From Rhina ancylostomus (lineage: Eukaryota): DNA of 64,000 nucleotides. Numbering within the stretch: position 1 is the first letter of the stretch; every line of letters starts with the position of its first letter. Of the stretch, positions 24,071 through 37,157 are shown piece after piece. The translations under genes were made by a program, and so were the position numbers. The DNA lies in contig JARFYF010000119.1 in the NCBI GenBank assembly GCA_030265395.1, forward strand, positions 37,866,078-37,930,077. Reading direction: 5' to 3'. The notes beneath the pieces were generated by a model. That model was not told where the DNA came from. It saw only the letters and a program-made list of their open reading frames with translations, and did no database searches.

Positions 24071-26088
24071 TAAATGTGCATATAGCTGCCNNNNNNNNNN
24101 NNNNNNNNNNNNNNNNNNNNNNNNNNNNNNNNNNNNNNNNNNNNNNNNNNNNNNNNNNNNNNNNNNNNNNNNNNNNNNNNNNNNNNNNNNNNNNNNNNNN
24201 NNNNNNNNNNNNNNNNNNNNNNNNNNNNNNNNNNNNNNNNNNNNNNNNNNNNNNNNNNNNNNNNNNNNNNNNNNNNNNNNNNNNNNNNNNNNNNNNNNNN
24301 NNNNNNNNNNNNNNNNNNNNNNNNNNNNNNNNNNNNNNNNNNNNNNNNNNNNNNNNNNNNNNNNNNNNNNNGGCAAAAGTCTTTTGCAGCAAAATAGGAT
24401 CAGAAAATTATTACACATTGCATTACCAACAAACTAGAAGAGATAGTCAAAGAGCTGCATAACATTCACAGTTTATCAGAAGCAATGCCCTTTAGTTTCC
24501 GGTGGAATATCAGTTCCTTAGCAAGAATACACAGTGACACCATCTGCCACATAATAACCTGGTCAGATGTAGGAGGTAAAATTCTTCTTGATATTAGTGA
24601 ACTTCCCACCATGTCCAATTGGCACTATCAGAATCTGAGAGTTAGGGAAGTAGGTTCCACCAGGACCCATGGTTATGGTGGAACCAGGTATGCCAAATGA
24701 AATGAAATGCACAAGGACCCTGATGAACATCTGTAGTTTCAAGTCATGGTTGCAAACTCCTTAGAAGAGAAAAGCTTTTCTTACAAGCTTTTAAATCATC
24801 AAGTTTCTTATAGAAGTGATGAAAGAGAGAATGGCTGGAATCAAGGATCCTGCTGCCTCCATGACAGGCAAGGCAGCTGATTTCCTATTGGCGGAGGGAA
24901 GGTGATCACCGCATACTTACCTGCCTCCTCCGTGCAAATGAGGTACTTCTGTAATGTTTCCAATAAGTCTGGTGGGGTAAGCTTTGTGGGACACCAGAAG
25001 GTATTATGACAGAATGGTGCCTGGGAGTGTGAACTGAGAAACATTTGGCTCTATGGTGCTTAAACTAAAAGTTAAAGAAAATGTGGTGCATGCTTTTAAA
25101 ATAAAAAGTAGAATTCATGCAAATATTAATATTTGAACCCAAAGCAGTTATATCTAGGTCAGTCAATTTTTGCAGCATGAAATTTAAAAATAACAAATGT
25201 AAAAAAAATCTTCTGAAATAGGTCAATTGATTTCCATCACCTTCAATAATCTACGTACATTGTATACATTAGCTGAAAGAAATTTATCTTTTCTGATAAT
25301 TATACCTTGTATCTAATGGGGTAAAGAGAAATATAAAACCTTTCTGGTAGATGTATTCAACAAGGTAGGTTTTTTTTGTAGTGAAACACAGCATTTATGT
25401 AATCACTGTCTTATTAGGGAGATTTTGCTGAACTGTTGACAATGATGTACAGTATTGCTTCGCTGGAATGACGTTTAGGGAAAACGATTCTGCTGCACCA
25501 CCACACAATACCAATTAGAGAACTATTTTCCGCGACAGGTCAGAAATTTACATTGTTCTCGCAGAAAGATGTGCTTTTTAATTTCTTTATTAAGATGACA
25601 TTCATGTCCCTTGCAACTTTTCAGCACGACAATCATTTGCTCGTCATGTTGAAAACTGCAATCAGCGAAATCGTGTTCCCAAGACACCGCCTTGCTAGAA
25701 CTCCAAGCATCGTTTCGTGTTTTCCAAATGAACTGGTTTGGTGTTCTCCCCAAGTTTTTTGACAAGTTCATTTTATGAGAGAAAATAAACAACAAAATAA
25801 AATTCTGGCAGAATCAGCAGAGTTTTTAACATTCAAAATGGTCCAGGCATGAAGTGAAAATATTCTGAGTTTAATTTGCAAAACTAACTATAAAATGTCT
25901 TTCTCCCTCTTTATGCTTTGGAGTTTGGTTCAATGGTGTTATTTTCTCAAGAAAACTTTACTGCCATTTCCATAAATGCAACAGTTACTAGAACATTCGG
26001 GGTTCATGTAGCTATGCCACATCAGAAAAAAAATATATAATTTTAATTGTCAGTGCCAGTCTTGGTTGCATTCTGTCAGAAAACTCAC

Positions 26089-26222
26089 CTGCCATATATA
26101 CCGTGAAGATGTCTCCGCATTTCTGCTGGCAAGAAACAAGAAATCCTAAAGAATCTTGACCAAACTCAATTGCTTTTCCAATAAATGGAATCCAGCCTTG
26201 TACTTGTGGTGGCTCTCCAGGT
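26089..26222 (-). CDS. CYP7B1: CYP7B1 exon 2 (first coding exon found in the window)
   Basis: Acceptor ttttaatgtag|A CCT GGA, donor GCA G|gtgagt. 134 nt, translating (R)PGEPPQVQGWIPFIGKAIEFGQDSLGFLVSCQQKCGDIFTVYMA(G), the Pro-rich PGEPP hinge of CYP7/8 P450s. Absent from the ORF track. Confidence 0.93.
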
Positions 26223-27451
26223 CTACATTAAAAGAACAGGAAACAGAACTTCCTTAAAATAAAATTCGCAGAATATAGCAGTGAAGCAAGAACTTTTGCA
26301 GCAGTAAATAAGTAGACAAATATTCTTGATAACTACATGACTGCTAGTGATTTGTAATATTCAGTGAATTTCACAGTAAATACCACCCAAATGGTGATAT
26401 GCTAAACTTGATCCCACCCAAATGGTTATCATCTCATCTTTATTTAAATTTAATTTAACACTTTAAAGTAATAAAATAAGCTTTCTTAAATAGATTCACT
26501 GAAGTTAAAATTGATCAAAATCTGGAACCATCAAATTATGCTTCCACTAATCAAAATGTAGTATCTATATTAAAAGCCACCACATAAAATAGTCTGAGGA
26601 GTTTAAGGATATCATATTTAAATTCCTTTTAGACATATGCCACTACTAAAGGACAGGTTTGAGGCATAATATCCATGCACCACTTCCTCAGTTTCACAAA
26701 ACTAGAATTATGTGTATTTGACACAATCTCAGACCCATGAAAATGTGGGCATAGTTCATATAGGGAAATAGTTCTGGCAATTTTAACATAGGGCCTCGTG
26801 TATAGATGTTGCTCCTGGCAACTCACAGTATAGTCACAGTAGTGCCACTTCCACTCTTAAGCAAATCTTTCCAACTGGCATATTGCTTTTGCCAGATTTG
26901 GTGTGGTTATTATTAAAACTGGACTGATCCATTACTCAAATCAAAATGCTGTTGGAACTTGCTATCCTAAATAATATTGCAAATGTGATTAATTTCAAAA
27001 AGGTCAAACTCTGAAACTATTTTGTCTATGTCTTCAGCTTCTCTATAGTACAACAGGCTAAAATGCAGGTTACAGAATGGTTTACACAAATACAAGTTCT
27101 TCATTTACATTTTGTTTGCTGCCTTGTTTCTTTTTCCTGTAAGTACTTCCCTTCAACGCCCATCCCTTCCTTCTTTTATGAAGGGATTAGCATCCTGCTC
27201 TGCTACAAGCCTAAGGAATCACAGCACTAGCACTGATATGTTGAACGAAACTGCAATCCCCCTTCTGCAATCCTACTTCACCAGACCGATCAGGATAGGT
27301 CACGTTTTAAACCAGGAGCGTTCTGGCTTGCATGGATTAATTATACCACGTCTTTTCCAACTGAACTATTGCCTGTGAAAAACTATGCCTTTTCTGCAGA
27401 AACAGAATTTACTGCTGATTGCTTTGAAACTCTTGTGTTTAATCTGATGTG

Positions 27452-27480
27452 AGATTAATAAGACTAAGATTAATAAGACT
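27452..27480. repeat. 15-bp-period tandem duplication
   Basis: agattaataagact-a-agattaataagact. Confidence 0.85.
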
Positions 27481-27689
27481 TTTTGGTTTGATATTAGATG
27501 GGGAAATTGTGATCAGATCATATAATCAAGCAATTTATACTAAAAATGTCCTTAAAATTTAACTCTGAATGTGCGTAGGAGGAGAAAGTGTATTAGGTAC
27601 AGAAAATCGTCATCGTGCCCAAGACGGGATAAAAACCAGACAAGCTGACCAAATGTTCCGGTGAAGCCTCCAGACCTGAAGAAGGATAT

Positions 27690-28090
27690 ACTTGCCTTCA
27701 CTAGATTCATCAGATTAATTCCTAGAATAAGAGTTGTCCAATGAGGAAAGATTAGGATTGAGCTGGTTAATCATCAGGAGTTGAGAAGGTGACCACGAGA
27801 TTCTGAGAGGACTGTCACTATAAATGTCAGAAGCTGGTTTCTTCTTGCTGGATAATCTTGAACTGGGGTTAGAGCTGGGGATGAGGAGGCCAGCCATTCA
27901 GAATGGTGATGACAAGTTTCTTTACTGAAAGGGCTGTTAAGCCTTTGGAACTCTCTGCCTCCGATGGGCGTGGAATGATAGATTTTTGGACAACAAAGGA
28001 ATCAGAATATAGTGGACTTGGAGGTACTGAATTAACCAAGATTCTATTGAATGATCAAGCAGATTTGATGGACTGTATGTCTTACTCATG
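27690..28090 (+). mobile_element. Old CR1 LINE 3' fragment
   Basis: agattcatcagattaattcctag...tgaggaaagattagg...agaaggtgacc...ctttggaactctctgcc, a decayed CR1 ORF2 end. Confidence 0.55.
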
Positions 28091-30214
28091 GTTAAAGTAG
28101 GGTCGATGGGTTAGTGTCTTGTCCATTTCTTACTTGGCATTTTGTACATATGGAATATCACATATTTGCTATATTGCACCAGCTGAGTGGTTGGTCTGAA
28201 AATTAGATAAATAAATGCCAGTACTGAATTTACATTAAATACCTCTGCCTACTAGATACTGCCAAGCTAACACAAAATGATGCAAATTGGAAGAATATCC
28301 TCCAATTGAGAATTTGTAAGGTTTGATCTGTAAAAATAAAAAGTAGCATCCAGTTTTATATCTGAATTGTTTGCTGATAAAACCTTTTAAATCCAATTTC
28401 AACATGAAAACAACATTCACCATTTTAATTAGCTAATTTTGCAGTTAAATAGTAACAGAAAGCTGCAATTCAGTGCCCTTAATTAGTCAGTAATGTTCAG
28501 TATAACCATTTATTTTATAAAAGGTTACTGCGGTTTTTCAATAGCACAATATTATTTCTTGATTAGCTGAACAATGCATGTGTTCATGTTTATATTAAAA
28601 ATGTAAATATCAACTATAAATACCCTTTGTTTATAATTAAGTAATGCTATACAAAAAAGATGGTACTGCTGAGAAAGACAAATTGAATTTCAGCATGAGC
28701 ACCAATGTAATTATAAAATAGCATTTTGTCTATTTTTGTTAAAATCATGAGTACCGATACATTAGCTACAGATAAATCTTTGTTTTACGGTATTTTCGGC
28801 AGGTCTTATGTTAAAAGCTGAATTATTATTTGAAGATTTTGTGTTTTGTTTTAAAAGGGTTCAAGCTTAAGTAGTTCAAGAAATGCAGTATTACACATTA
28901 CCCATTTAATGAATGGTTGGTGACGAAGGTAAAAAAAAATTCTAATTCTCAAATTTAAATACACCCAAAAGGTTGGCTGAAGTTAGATAAACAAATGGTT
29001 CTGAGTGCAATACAGGGCATTTTATGATCCAGCTGTTTAAAAAATAAAATTTTTGATTTGATAATTGAACATTTTATAGAACTGTTTATATATATAAATA
29101 TAAAAACACACACAATAAAAATGCATTAAAGTATTCTCTTGATTGTAATTCTGAAGTTACAATCAGGTCATGTTCAAGTTATATTCAATGAAATATGGTT
29201 ATAAAAGATAGCAAATAAATGGATTTACTGAAAGTATACAATCCATTTTCAAGGAAATCAAGGCTTTAATACATTTAAAAATGAATAAATCCCTAATAAC
29301 AAAACAAATTAAAACAAGAAGTTTTTTTATCGGAATGTAGGAAGATTTTCATTGGACTTCAATCTGACTAATATTTTTAGAAAGAGCAAGAATTTGGTGT
29401 CTCGTCAGCCCAGAGTTCCTTATTTAGATTGGCATCATTTTGTCTTCTGCATTGCTCACACTAAAGGGAGAAATTACAGTTAACATAGACAATTAGCGCA
29501 TATAAAACACTTCCATTCAAATACTATAAAAGGTAACAATCATTTTAAACATTTTTGCTCTGAAATCATATTAATTTTCAACATGGCTCATTGTGAATCA
29601 GCATTTTATGTAACGCTGCTTTGTTTCACAATTTTCATTTGTAAATATATTACCCTGATTACTGTCATTAAGAAGCTTTAGTCACCCTTTGAATACAGAA
29701 GATTTATTTGCAGGTTCACACTGGTTTTTGGGATCACAGCTTTCTTCCTGTTTTCAGACTGTGGCTGTTATGCATCTTTTCTTTCCTTCAGAAGCCTGGT
29801 GCTTTATTTTCAACATCCCTTTTGCAAAATGCACTGTTGCATCTTAACTTATTATTTAAGAGTTCAATAAATTTTTAGATGTTGAAATCTTAGTAACAGT
29901 GCACACCAGTAAATAAAACAAGGTGCTATGGGATGGCTTTATTTTAAAGGATTTGAGTAAAGCCCCTTTTACAAACTGCAATGCGTTCTGTAAAAATAGT
30001 GCAGAGTGCTCTGGCAGCATCTGGGAATCAGATCTTTAACTTGATTAGCTACAAAACAAGGAACACTGTAGAATGAAATATTTTCCATTCAGTAACAATT
30101 CATTGCCACCACATGTTTTATTCCTGGGCTTTATTTTCAAATATACAGATAACCTCCAGTGAGTTTGAGAAAGACATTCCTACTTTGTTTACCCATTTTT
30201 AAGGAAAAGGTGAA

Positions 30215-31285
30215 AATAAAAAATAACAGAAAATGCTGGAAATGCTTAGCCAGTGCATCCACATCTATAAACAAACTTATCAGGTCAGTAAGTGAATGGG
30301 AGCAGTTAGCGGGTGAGAACATAGACCAAAGAACTTAGACAAAAGAATGTGGAAGTGCAGGAGGACAAACACAACATGGCAGATGGGCATGCCCCCCTTT
30401 CCGAGAGAACGAGCGAGAATGAGAAGAAGCCAAGCTGAGCAAATATTTTAGATGGATGACTGATAAATACCGAGAAATCAAGTGACCTGAAGTTGTAGAA
30501 TAAATATTGAGTCCAGAAGACTGCAACATTCCCAGATGGAAGATGAGTTGCTGTTCCTCAAGATTATTCTGGACTCCATTGTGACAGTGTAGGAGGCCAA
30601 AGACTGATAGGTCAGAGTGGGAGTGGGATGAGGATTTAAAGTGGCAGACAACAGGAAGCTCAGGGTCACCCATTGCCTGCCAATTTAATTCCTCATCCTA
30701 CTCCTACTCTGACCTATCAAGTCCATGATTTCCTGTACTGTCAAAGTGAGGCCCGATGCAAGTTTGAGGAACAGCACCTCATCTTCCACTGGAGCACACT
30801 GCAGCCTTCTGGACTCAATATTGAATCCTACAACTCCAGGTTATTTGATCCCACAGTCTGTATCAGTCATTCATATGTAATATTAGCCCAGTTCGTGTTT
30901 TTTCCGCTTTTTCTCCCTTCCTTTTTTTTGTCTCTGGGATTAGAGGGCATACACAGTTTGAGCTGTGGACCTTGTCCTTCTACTCATCATTTCACAATTC
31001 CCACATTCTTTCATCTAGGTACTTTTGTCTACAGTCTCACTCCCTACATGCCCCCCATTCACACATTGACCAGGTAACCTGTTTACAGTTTATCCCATGG
31101 TTACCCAGGTTTTACCCTATCAAAGACATCTCCTTCCTCCACCCTCCCTGCAGCTTTACAAGCTTCTTTTTTCTCCTCTTCAGTTCTGATGAAGGGTCTA
31201 TGATCTAATAGACCGACACTGTCTCTCTTCCCACAGATGAGGCCTGACCCATTGAGTATTTCCAGCACTTTCTGGTTTTGTTTTA
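30215..31285. mobile_element. Inverted pair of Penelope 3' fragments
   Basis: 30480-30670 (-) and 30673-30840 (+) both encode the PLE C-terminus (HFxSxxHSHSDL.V.GLL.C...KxEEQxLIFxxxxLQxxGLNI). Outer ends are inverted terminal repeats (agaaaatgctggaaat ... atttccagcactttct). Confidence 0.8.
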
Positions 31286-33531
31286 AGGAAGAGGTAGTCA
31301 TTCTATTTTCATCCTGCCATTGAAAAATTATCCAGTAACTCCATAGCTGTATTGCCATTGCATTTTGTGAGCATTATTTGATACAAATGGATAAACTATT
31401 CATAGTTTATCAGAAACATCTAACTGCATAAATTATTCTGCTACTAAAGTTTGTAAATTAGTTCCTTTAATCTCATAAAGTACAATTGTTGTTTCTTGTT
31501 GAGTGAGCAATTACTGTTGACGTAAACCTATCTCTGACCAACATCCCTATTTTGTTAAATTGCAACTCCTGAAGCCAATTCAATGACATTGTTTTTAGTG
31601 GCGAGGTCCCCTGTACTTGCTCTCCCTTTTAAACACTGAATAAGATTACACAGAATTCAGCATATATGATGCACAGAGTGTAATGGACATATCTCACATC
31701 TTTTGTACTTCCAATGGCATTTTGTTTGTGGTGCTGCTCATGTTTGGGCACAAGAATAACTGTTTAATCCAAACCAATGTGTTAATGTCATCTAAGGCAT
31801 GTCAGTTTCTATATCTTCTAAAATGCATTTAGAAATGTTTACTGGTGTTTTTGGAATGAATTTCATAACCCTGTCCATGGTTCTGTGCAACTATAATGTG
31901 AGTACCCAGTATCTTTCATTTACTGTATTAAATATACAAGTGGATGCAGCTTACTGGAAATAGTATGAGTAACTCTAATACCTGTGATGCCTGTAGGTAT
32001 TTTCAATATTAATAAATGTCACACTGCAACATGCAATATCTTTTATTTAATAATTAAAGTATAGAGCCCTGAAATTATCTAATATGGCTACAGTCTTTCC
32101 ATTGCCTAGAAATTTCAATACATTAGAAAGACCAGGGGGAATGATAAAATATAAAAACAATGTCTCACCAGGGATACTTTGAATCTCATGATTCACTACT
32201 TTCAGCAATGATGTACTCATTTTATTGAGAGTTAAATTGAAGGTCACAGTTCATGAACTTTCAATCCAATTTCTGTTGTTAAGTAATTAATGTGTGATGT
32301 GCATTAGGTGACTGATAACAGAAAGTACCTATTCCAATTTCCTAATGGGTGGGACTTGGAGGAAATAATCACAATCATATGAAAAACATCTTTTCATATG
32401 ATAAAAACAGGCACAAATATCATTTTTTCTCATCCAGTTTGTCAGCAGAAACATCAAAACATTTTCAGAAAGTTTTTCTAATTGTTTTTTTCTCTTATTA
32501 AGCTGAAAGTATGATATAATTCAGCTTATCTACTGATTTGCCCTGTCTTGTAAGTTAAAATCTTTTGAACATCTAGGACACCTCTCAAAAACCTAAGTTC
32601 TGATTGCCAGGTTTTTATTTTTATACATACATATACACTTGCAAATATGCATATTTGCATGCATGTTCAATCCTCCACAGACCTGAATATGATATTGACT
32701 GGCACCTCAGTGTCATCCTAATAAATGCTGAGCAGTCAGAGATTTCAGGTATGGATTTGAAGAAACAAGTCTTCTGGAGTCATGTAAATCTATCCCTCCT
32801 CTGCTTCTTCCCAAACTACTAGTTTCCCAATCTGATGTGACCATTGGGAACCACATCATTGCCAACACACATTTCTCATCCTTATTATTATAAATGACAA
32901 AGAGGCAAAAGTGTGCTATCCTCCTCATCATTATCTGCTTCCTATTGTTTCCTGGATCTGCAGGAAAGGAGTGCTAAGTAAGCCTTACTTCTTTAGGATT
33001 GAGCTAGAGAGTGCATGGAAACTAGTGTTTATGTATGGCTTCACAGGGATGCTAAGACACCAGTACACGTATTGATATAAATGCCATCTTCCACACGAAA
33101 AGCAGAACTGTTCCTACAGCCACACCGTCTTTGCTGCATTGTCAAATGAAAATCCAGAATTGTGCAAGATGCTTACCCTGGTGGTCTGCCTCTGATAAAC
33201 ATTGTACACCCATATGTGGCAGTTGAGTACCATTCAGACAGTTCTCAGTTTGAGTTCTCCTTAACCAAAACTTTTTGTGAAGTATTAGTTACAGAAGTGT
33301 TGTAAGCATTGATAGATTGATCCATCCAATATAGGCAAGAAAGAATTTATTGGGCATGGGGGAATTTATTATCTTTTTTGACCTGGTAAGGTCATCAAAC
33401 ATATTACTGGCAGGTTTGACAGTGCAGGTACNNNNNNNNNNNNNNNNNNNNNNNNNNNNNNNNNNNNNNNNNNNNNNNNNNNNNNNNNNNNNNNNNNNNN
33501 NNNNNNNNNNNNNNNNNNNNNNNNNNNNNNN

Positions 33532-33812
33532 GGGGGACCCTATCCCTGTTGGGTCTGGGAGGGGTGGGATGAGAGCAGAGGGGCAGGAAATGGCAGAGGT
33601 ACGGGTGCAAGCTCTCTCGGCCACAGTAGAGGGTCACAGTGAGTAAAGAAGCTGGACATATCGGATGTCCTGGAGTAGATGAGGTGGAGAAATGGAGAGA
33701 AAGGGATAGCGTTCTTGCAAAAGACCGGGTGGGAGGAGCTGTAATTGAGCTAGCCGTGGGCATCAGTGGGTTTGTAGAAGATGTCAGTGGATAAGAATCT
33801 CCTGAGATGAAA
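33532..33812 (-). mobile_element. Penelope-like RT/thumb fragment
   Basis: Reverse reads tccactgacatcttctacaaacccactgatgcccacggctagctcaattacagctcctcccaccc (STDIFYKPTDxHxxLxYxSSHP) ...aacagggatagggtcccc. Confidence 0.75.
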
Positions 33813-34539
33813 CTACTCTGCTTTGTTTTTAGAATTTGATCTTTAAAAGGTTAATGACCAAAACGAAGTCCAGTATATTAAAAAAAATGAACAAAATAAT
33901 TCAGTCATGTTAAAGCAGTGGCCTTGATCATATACCTTTAGTTTTCTCTTCAGGTATTAGCTTTTTCGGGGGACTTTCCTGGTGCTGTTTGTCAGTTTTT
34001 TCAAGTTGAGATTCTCAAGTGGCAAGTTACAAAAGATGATCTGTTGAAAATATTTCGTAAGTTGGGGGATAGTGACCATGTTAATTCAACGCTGTAAGTT
34101 TGTGTAGTTTGTTTGCCAGATTCTATACTGGTGGGAGCTCCACACTGAATTTGGAATAAATAAAATGTACCAAGAGAGGGCCACTTTATTCTGATAAGTT
34201 TGAGGTATTTATTATTGGCAACCAAAAAGCAAATTGTTTGCTTATTTTTTTTGTTAAGTGACTTGCTTCCATATGCCATCACTGTGATGTGCCAGGAATT
34301 TAATAATGTATGAAAAGATTGTTGATTAAGGTACATTACAATATGGTTTTACTTAAACCCAATGCTTCTATGTACCATTCATACACAATTTCTTAAATGT
34401 TACTAAAAATCCTGGCACAACATAATGATTGTTGATGGTAATAATAAAACTGTTTCTTTGGAAAATAAGAAACTAAGTTGAGATGAAGTGAAGGAATCTG
34501 AAATTTCTCCAAAAAAGCCCTAATTATTGAAATAAGACC

Positions 34540-35170
34540 ATAATAAGTAGTAGAATTTAAAAGTACAGGAGTTATGTTAAACTTTTGTTGAATGTTGGCC
34601 TGATCAGATTAGACAAGACACAGAGGATAAATCTTCTGGTTTTCTTTGAAATAATTCCATGGATCTTTTGCATCCATCTGAGAAAGCAGATGGAGTTTTG
34701 GAGGGTGAATGTGATGGCAATAGATGTTAAGTAGAAGCAGATGCAGTTCTGGTTGTTACATTAGAAATAAAAAGGATAGAGTTACTGAAGACAGTGGAAG
34801 AATCTTTACAAGGATAATTCCTGAACTGCAGGATTATGTCTCTCGTGAAAAGGATGAACAGGTGGGTCTTTTATCTCTTGTAAAGAGAAGACTGATGACA
34901 GAATACAAAGTTTCAAGATTTATGGCAAGTTCTGAGACTTGCCAAGAGTTTTTATTTTTGAGGAAGGGCAAAACTAGACATAATCAAAATAAGAAATACA
35001 CTAATACAGTAAATCAAATAAGGAGTTCCAAAGAGGAGACACAAAGAAACTTCTTTATCCTGAGGTCAATGAGAACAGCTAAAGGGTAGTGAGAATGTAG
35101 AGCACGTTATCACAAGTTATAATTAAGGCAAATGCATTGATGCATGTAAGAAGATGACCATCTGAAGGAG
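34540..35170 (+). mobile_element. Old CR1 LINE fragment
   Basis: Decayed ...RIFTRIIPELQDY..xEKxxxxGLxSLxKRRL... CR1 ORF2 C-terminus. Confidence 0.55.
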
Positions 35171-35214
35171 CAGGAAGTGGGTGGGGACTGTGCTGATAAT
35201 CAGATCATATAAGA

Positions 35215-35345
35215 TAGAGACACAGGAGACTGCAGATGCTGGAATCTGGAGCAACAAACAATCTGCTGAAGGAACTCAAGTGGGTCGAGCAGCATCTGTG
35301 CTGAGAAGAAATTGTCAACGTTTTGGGTCAAAACCCTATATCAAG
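35215..35345 (-). mobile_element. Penelope terminal-repeat fragment with decayed hammerhead motif
   Basis: ctgcagatgctggaatctggagcaa...gcagcatctgtg...tgtcaacgttttgggtcaaaaccctatatcaag; same family as 61285-61420. Confidence 0.75.
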
Positions 35346-36789
35346 TAAAATAGACGTGGGCCCAGGTAGAACATAAGCATGAGCACAGACTGAATGGATA
35401 TGACTTGTTTCTGTGCTGTGTACTCTATGTCCTTGTGCCTGCAGAGTGAAAGCATTAGTTTATATCGAGACAGCTCAGAAATGTCTCTGAGTTGATGACA
35501 GCAATTCTATTGTTCGTCTTCCAAAAATATAAGAATGCATAAGGCCTGGAAATGTTGGCTAAGATGTGACTTTTATGTTGGAATGAATTGTAAATGTGTT
35601 CTAAGCCATGGCTTATCACACTAATACTCTGGCATCGCATCGTTTGCAGATACCATTGGCCTATTGCAGTCCAGGAACCATTTCCACAATTTCAGTTATT
35701 TTCTTCTTGTTTAAGTTAGATCACTAAAATATTGGAATTGTTGTTTATCCACAATTTTACTGGCACAATTATGTAATTACTTTTTCATTCTTTTACGATA
35801 TTAATTTTCAAAGTGCACTAGCATCATCTGTTGGCTATTGACAGGACTGCAAGTAAACATGTACCTGTGTTTTTAGTGTACCACTCTAATGCACGTGTAT
35901 AGAGCAAACTACTAAAGTGGAACAGCAGTCCATATCCGCTCAGTGCCAGAATCTCTTGTAGTCTGTAGAAGGTGTGTAGTTTCACTAAAGACCCTGGAAC
36001 CAGTCAGTATTCTGATCAGGTGGGATATAAATGTGTTGGAGTTGTGACTAGGATTACAGAAATGCAGCAACTTGTTGTTGCTCCTGATTTCTCTAGGTAA
36101 ACCCTTATTCTTCTGTTCTGTATATACCTGTGATTTGCTCTGCAATGACGGAGAATCCATTGAGGCACATCACATTACCTTCTGGTTAACAAGTTAATGC
36201 AGAAAAGAAAATATTTCTTTTTGTTTTTGGGTCACTACAGGAAGCTCACAGCAGACAACTAATTGTCCAAGCTCTTCATTTTTTTTAAGTTGAATATTCT
36301 TTGATATTTGGATAGATGAATCATATTAAGTTATCTGAGAACTAAATTGACCACTGCTCCAAATTAAAATGAAAAAATCAGCTTATTCAGGAATTGCAAG
36401 CATTTAACTCTGTTGAACATCATTTTGAATTGAGAGCCAGCAGCACAAACCACTACAAGGAAGTTTCTCCACACAGAAAAAAAAACACTATTTATGTATT
36501 TCTGCACAAGTTCTCCTGATCCACCATCATAATCTGAAAGCCATCAAAACATAGTAAAAATGACATAAACAGCATATACACAGTGTTCCTGTGGCTTCTG
36601 CAGTTCTTCTGCTAATCAAATGATCAGAAAAAGCTTGGTGCCTCTCATCCCTCTAAGTTAAGCCATCAGGATCTCCTTTATAGTGAATATTATTGTTCAA
36701 AGTTTCCTCAATCATGCATATTGTTTGTCCATTTGCAAACATTAAATTTCAACATTCTGAGATTTAGCATATTTGTAAAGTATAGCAAT

Positions 36790-37157
36790 ACATAGACATA
36801 ACAGCACAGTACAGGCCCTTCGGCCCACGATGTTGTGTCGACATTTTATCCTGCTCTAAGATCTATCTAACCTTTCCCTCCCACGTAGCCCTCCATTTTT
36901 CTATCATTCATTAGGCTATCCAAGAGTGTCTTAAATGTCCCTAATGTATCTGCCTCCACCACCTCTGTCAGCAGTGCGTTCCACGCACCCACCAATTTCT
37001 ACACAAAAAAAAAACTTACCTCTGACATCCCCCCATCCCTTCCTCCAATCACCTTAAAATTATGCTCCCTCATGTTTGCCATTTTTGCTCTGGGGAAAAG
37101 TCTCTGACTGTCCACTCAATCTATGCCTCTTATCATCTTGTATACCTCTATCAAGTC
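36790..37157 (-). mobile_element. CR1 LINE 3' end
   Basis: Reverse of a CR1 end (acaggcccttcggccc; cttaaatgtccctaatgtatctgcctccaccac; cttgtatacctctatcaagtc). Confidence 0.85.

Noticed and set aside
24653-24685. 10-bp hairpin ggttccacca/tggtggaacc
   Set aside because: Too short for a pre-miRNA and plausible by chance in 64 kb.
24913-24935. Match to the U1 snRNA 5' end (ATACTTACCTG)
   Set aside because: Similarity stops after 11 nt with no U1 body or Sm site; better read as a donor site on the minus strand.
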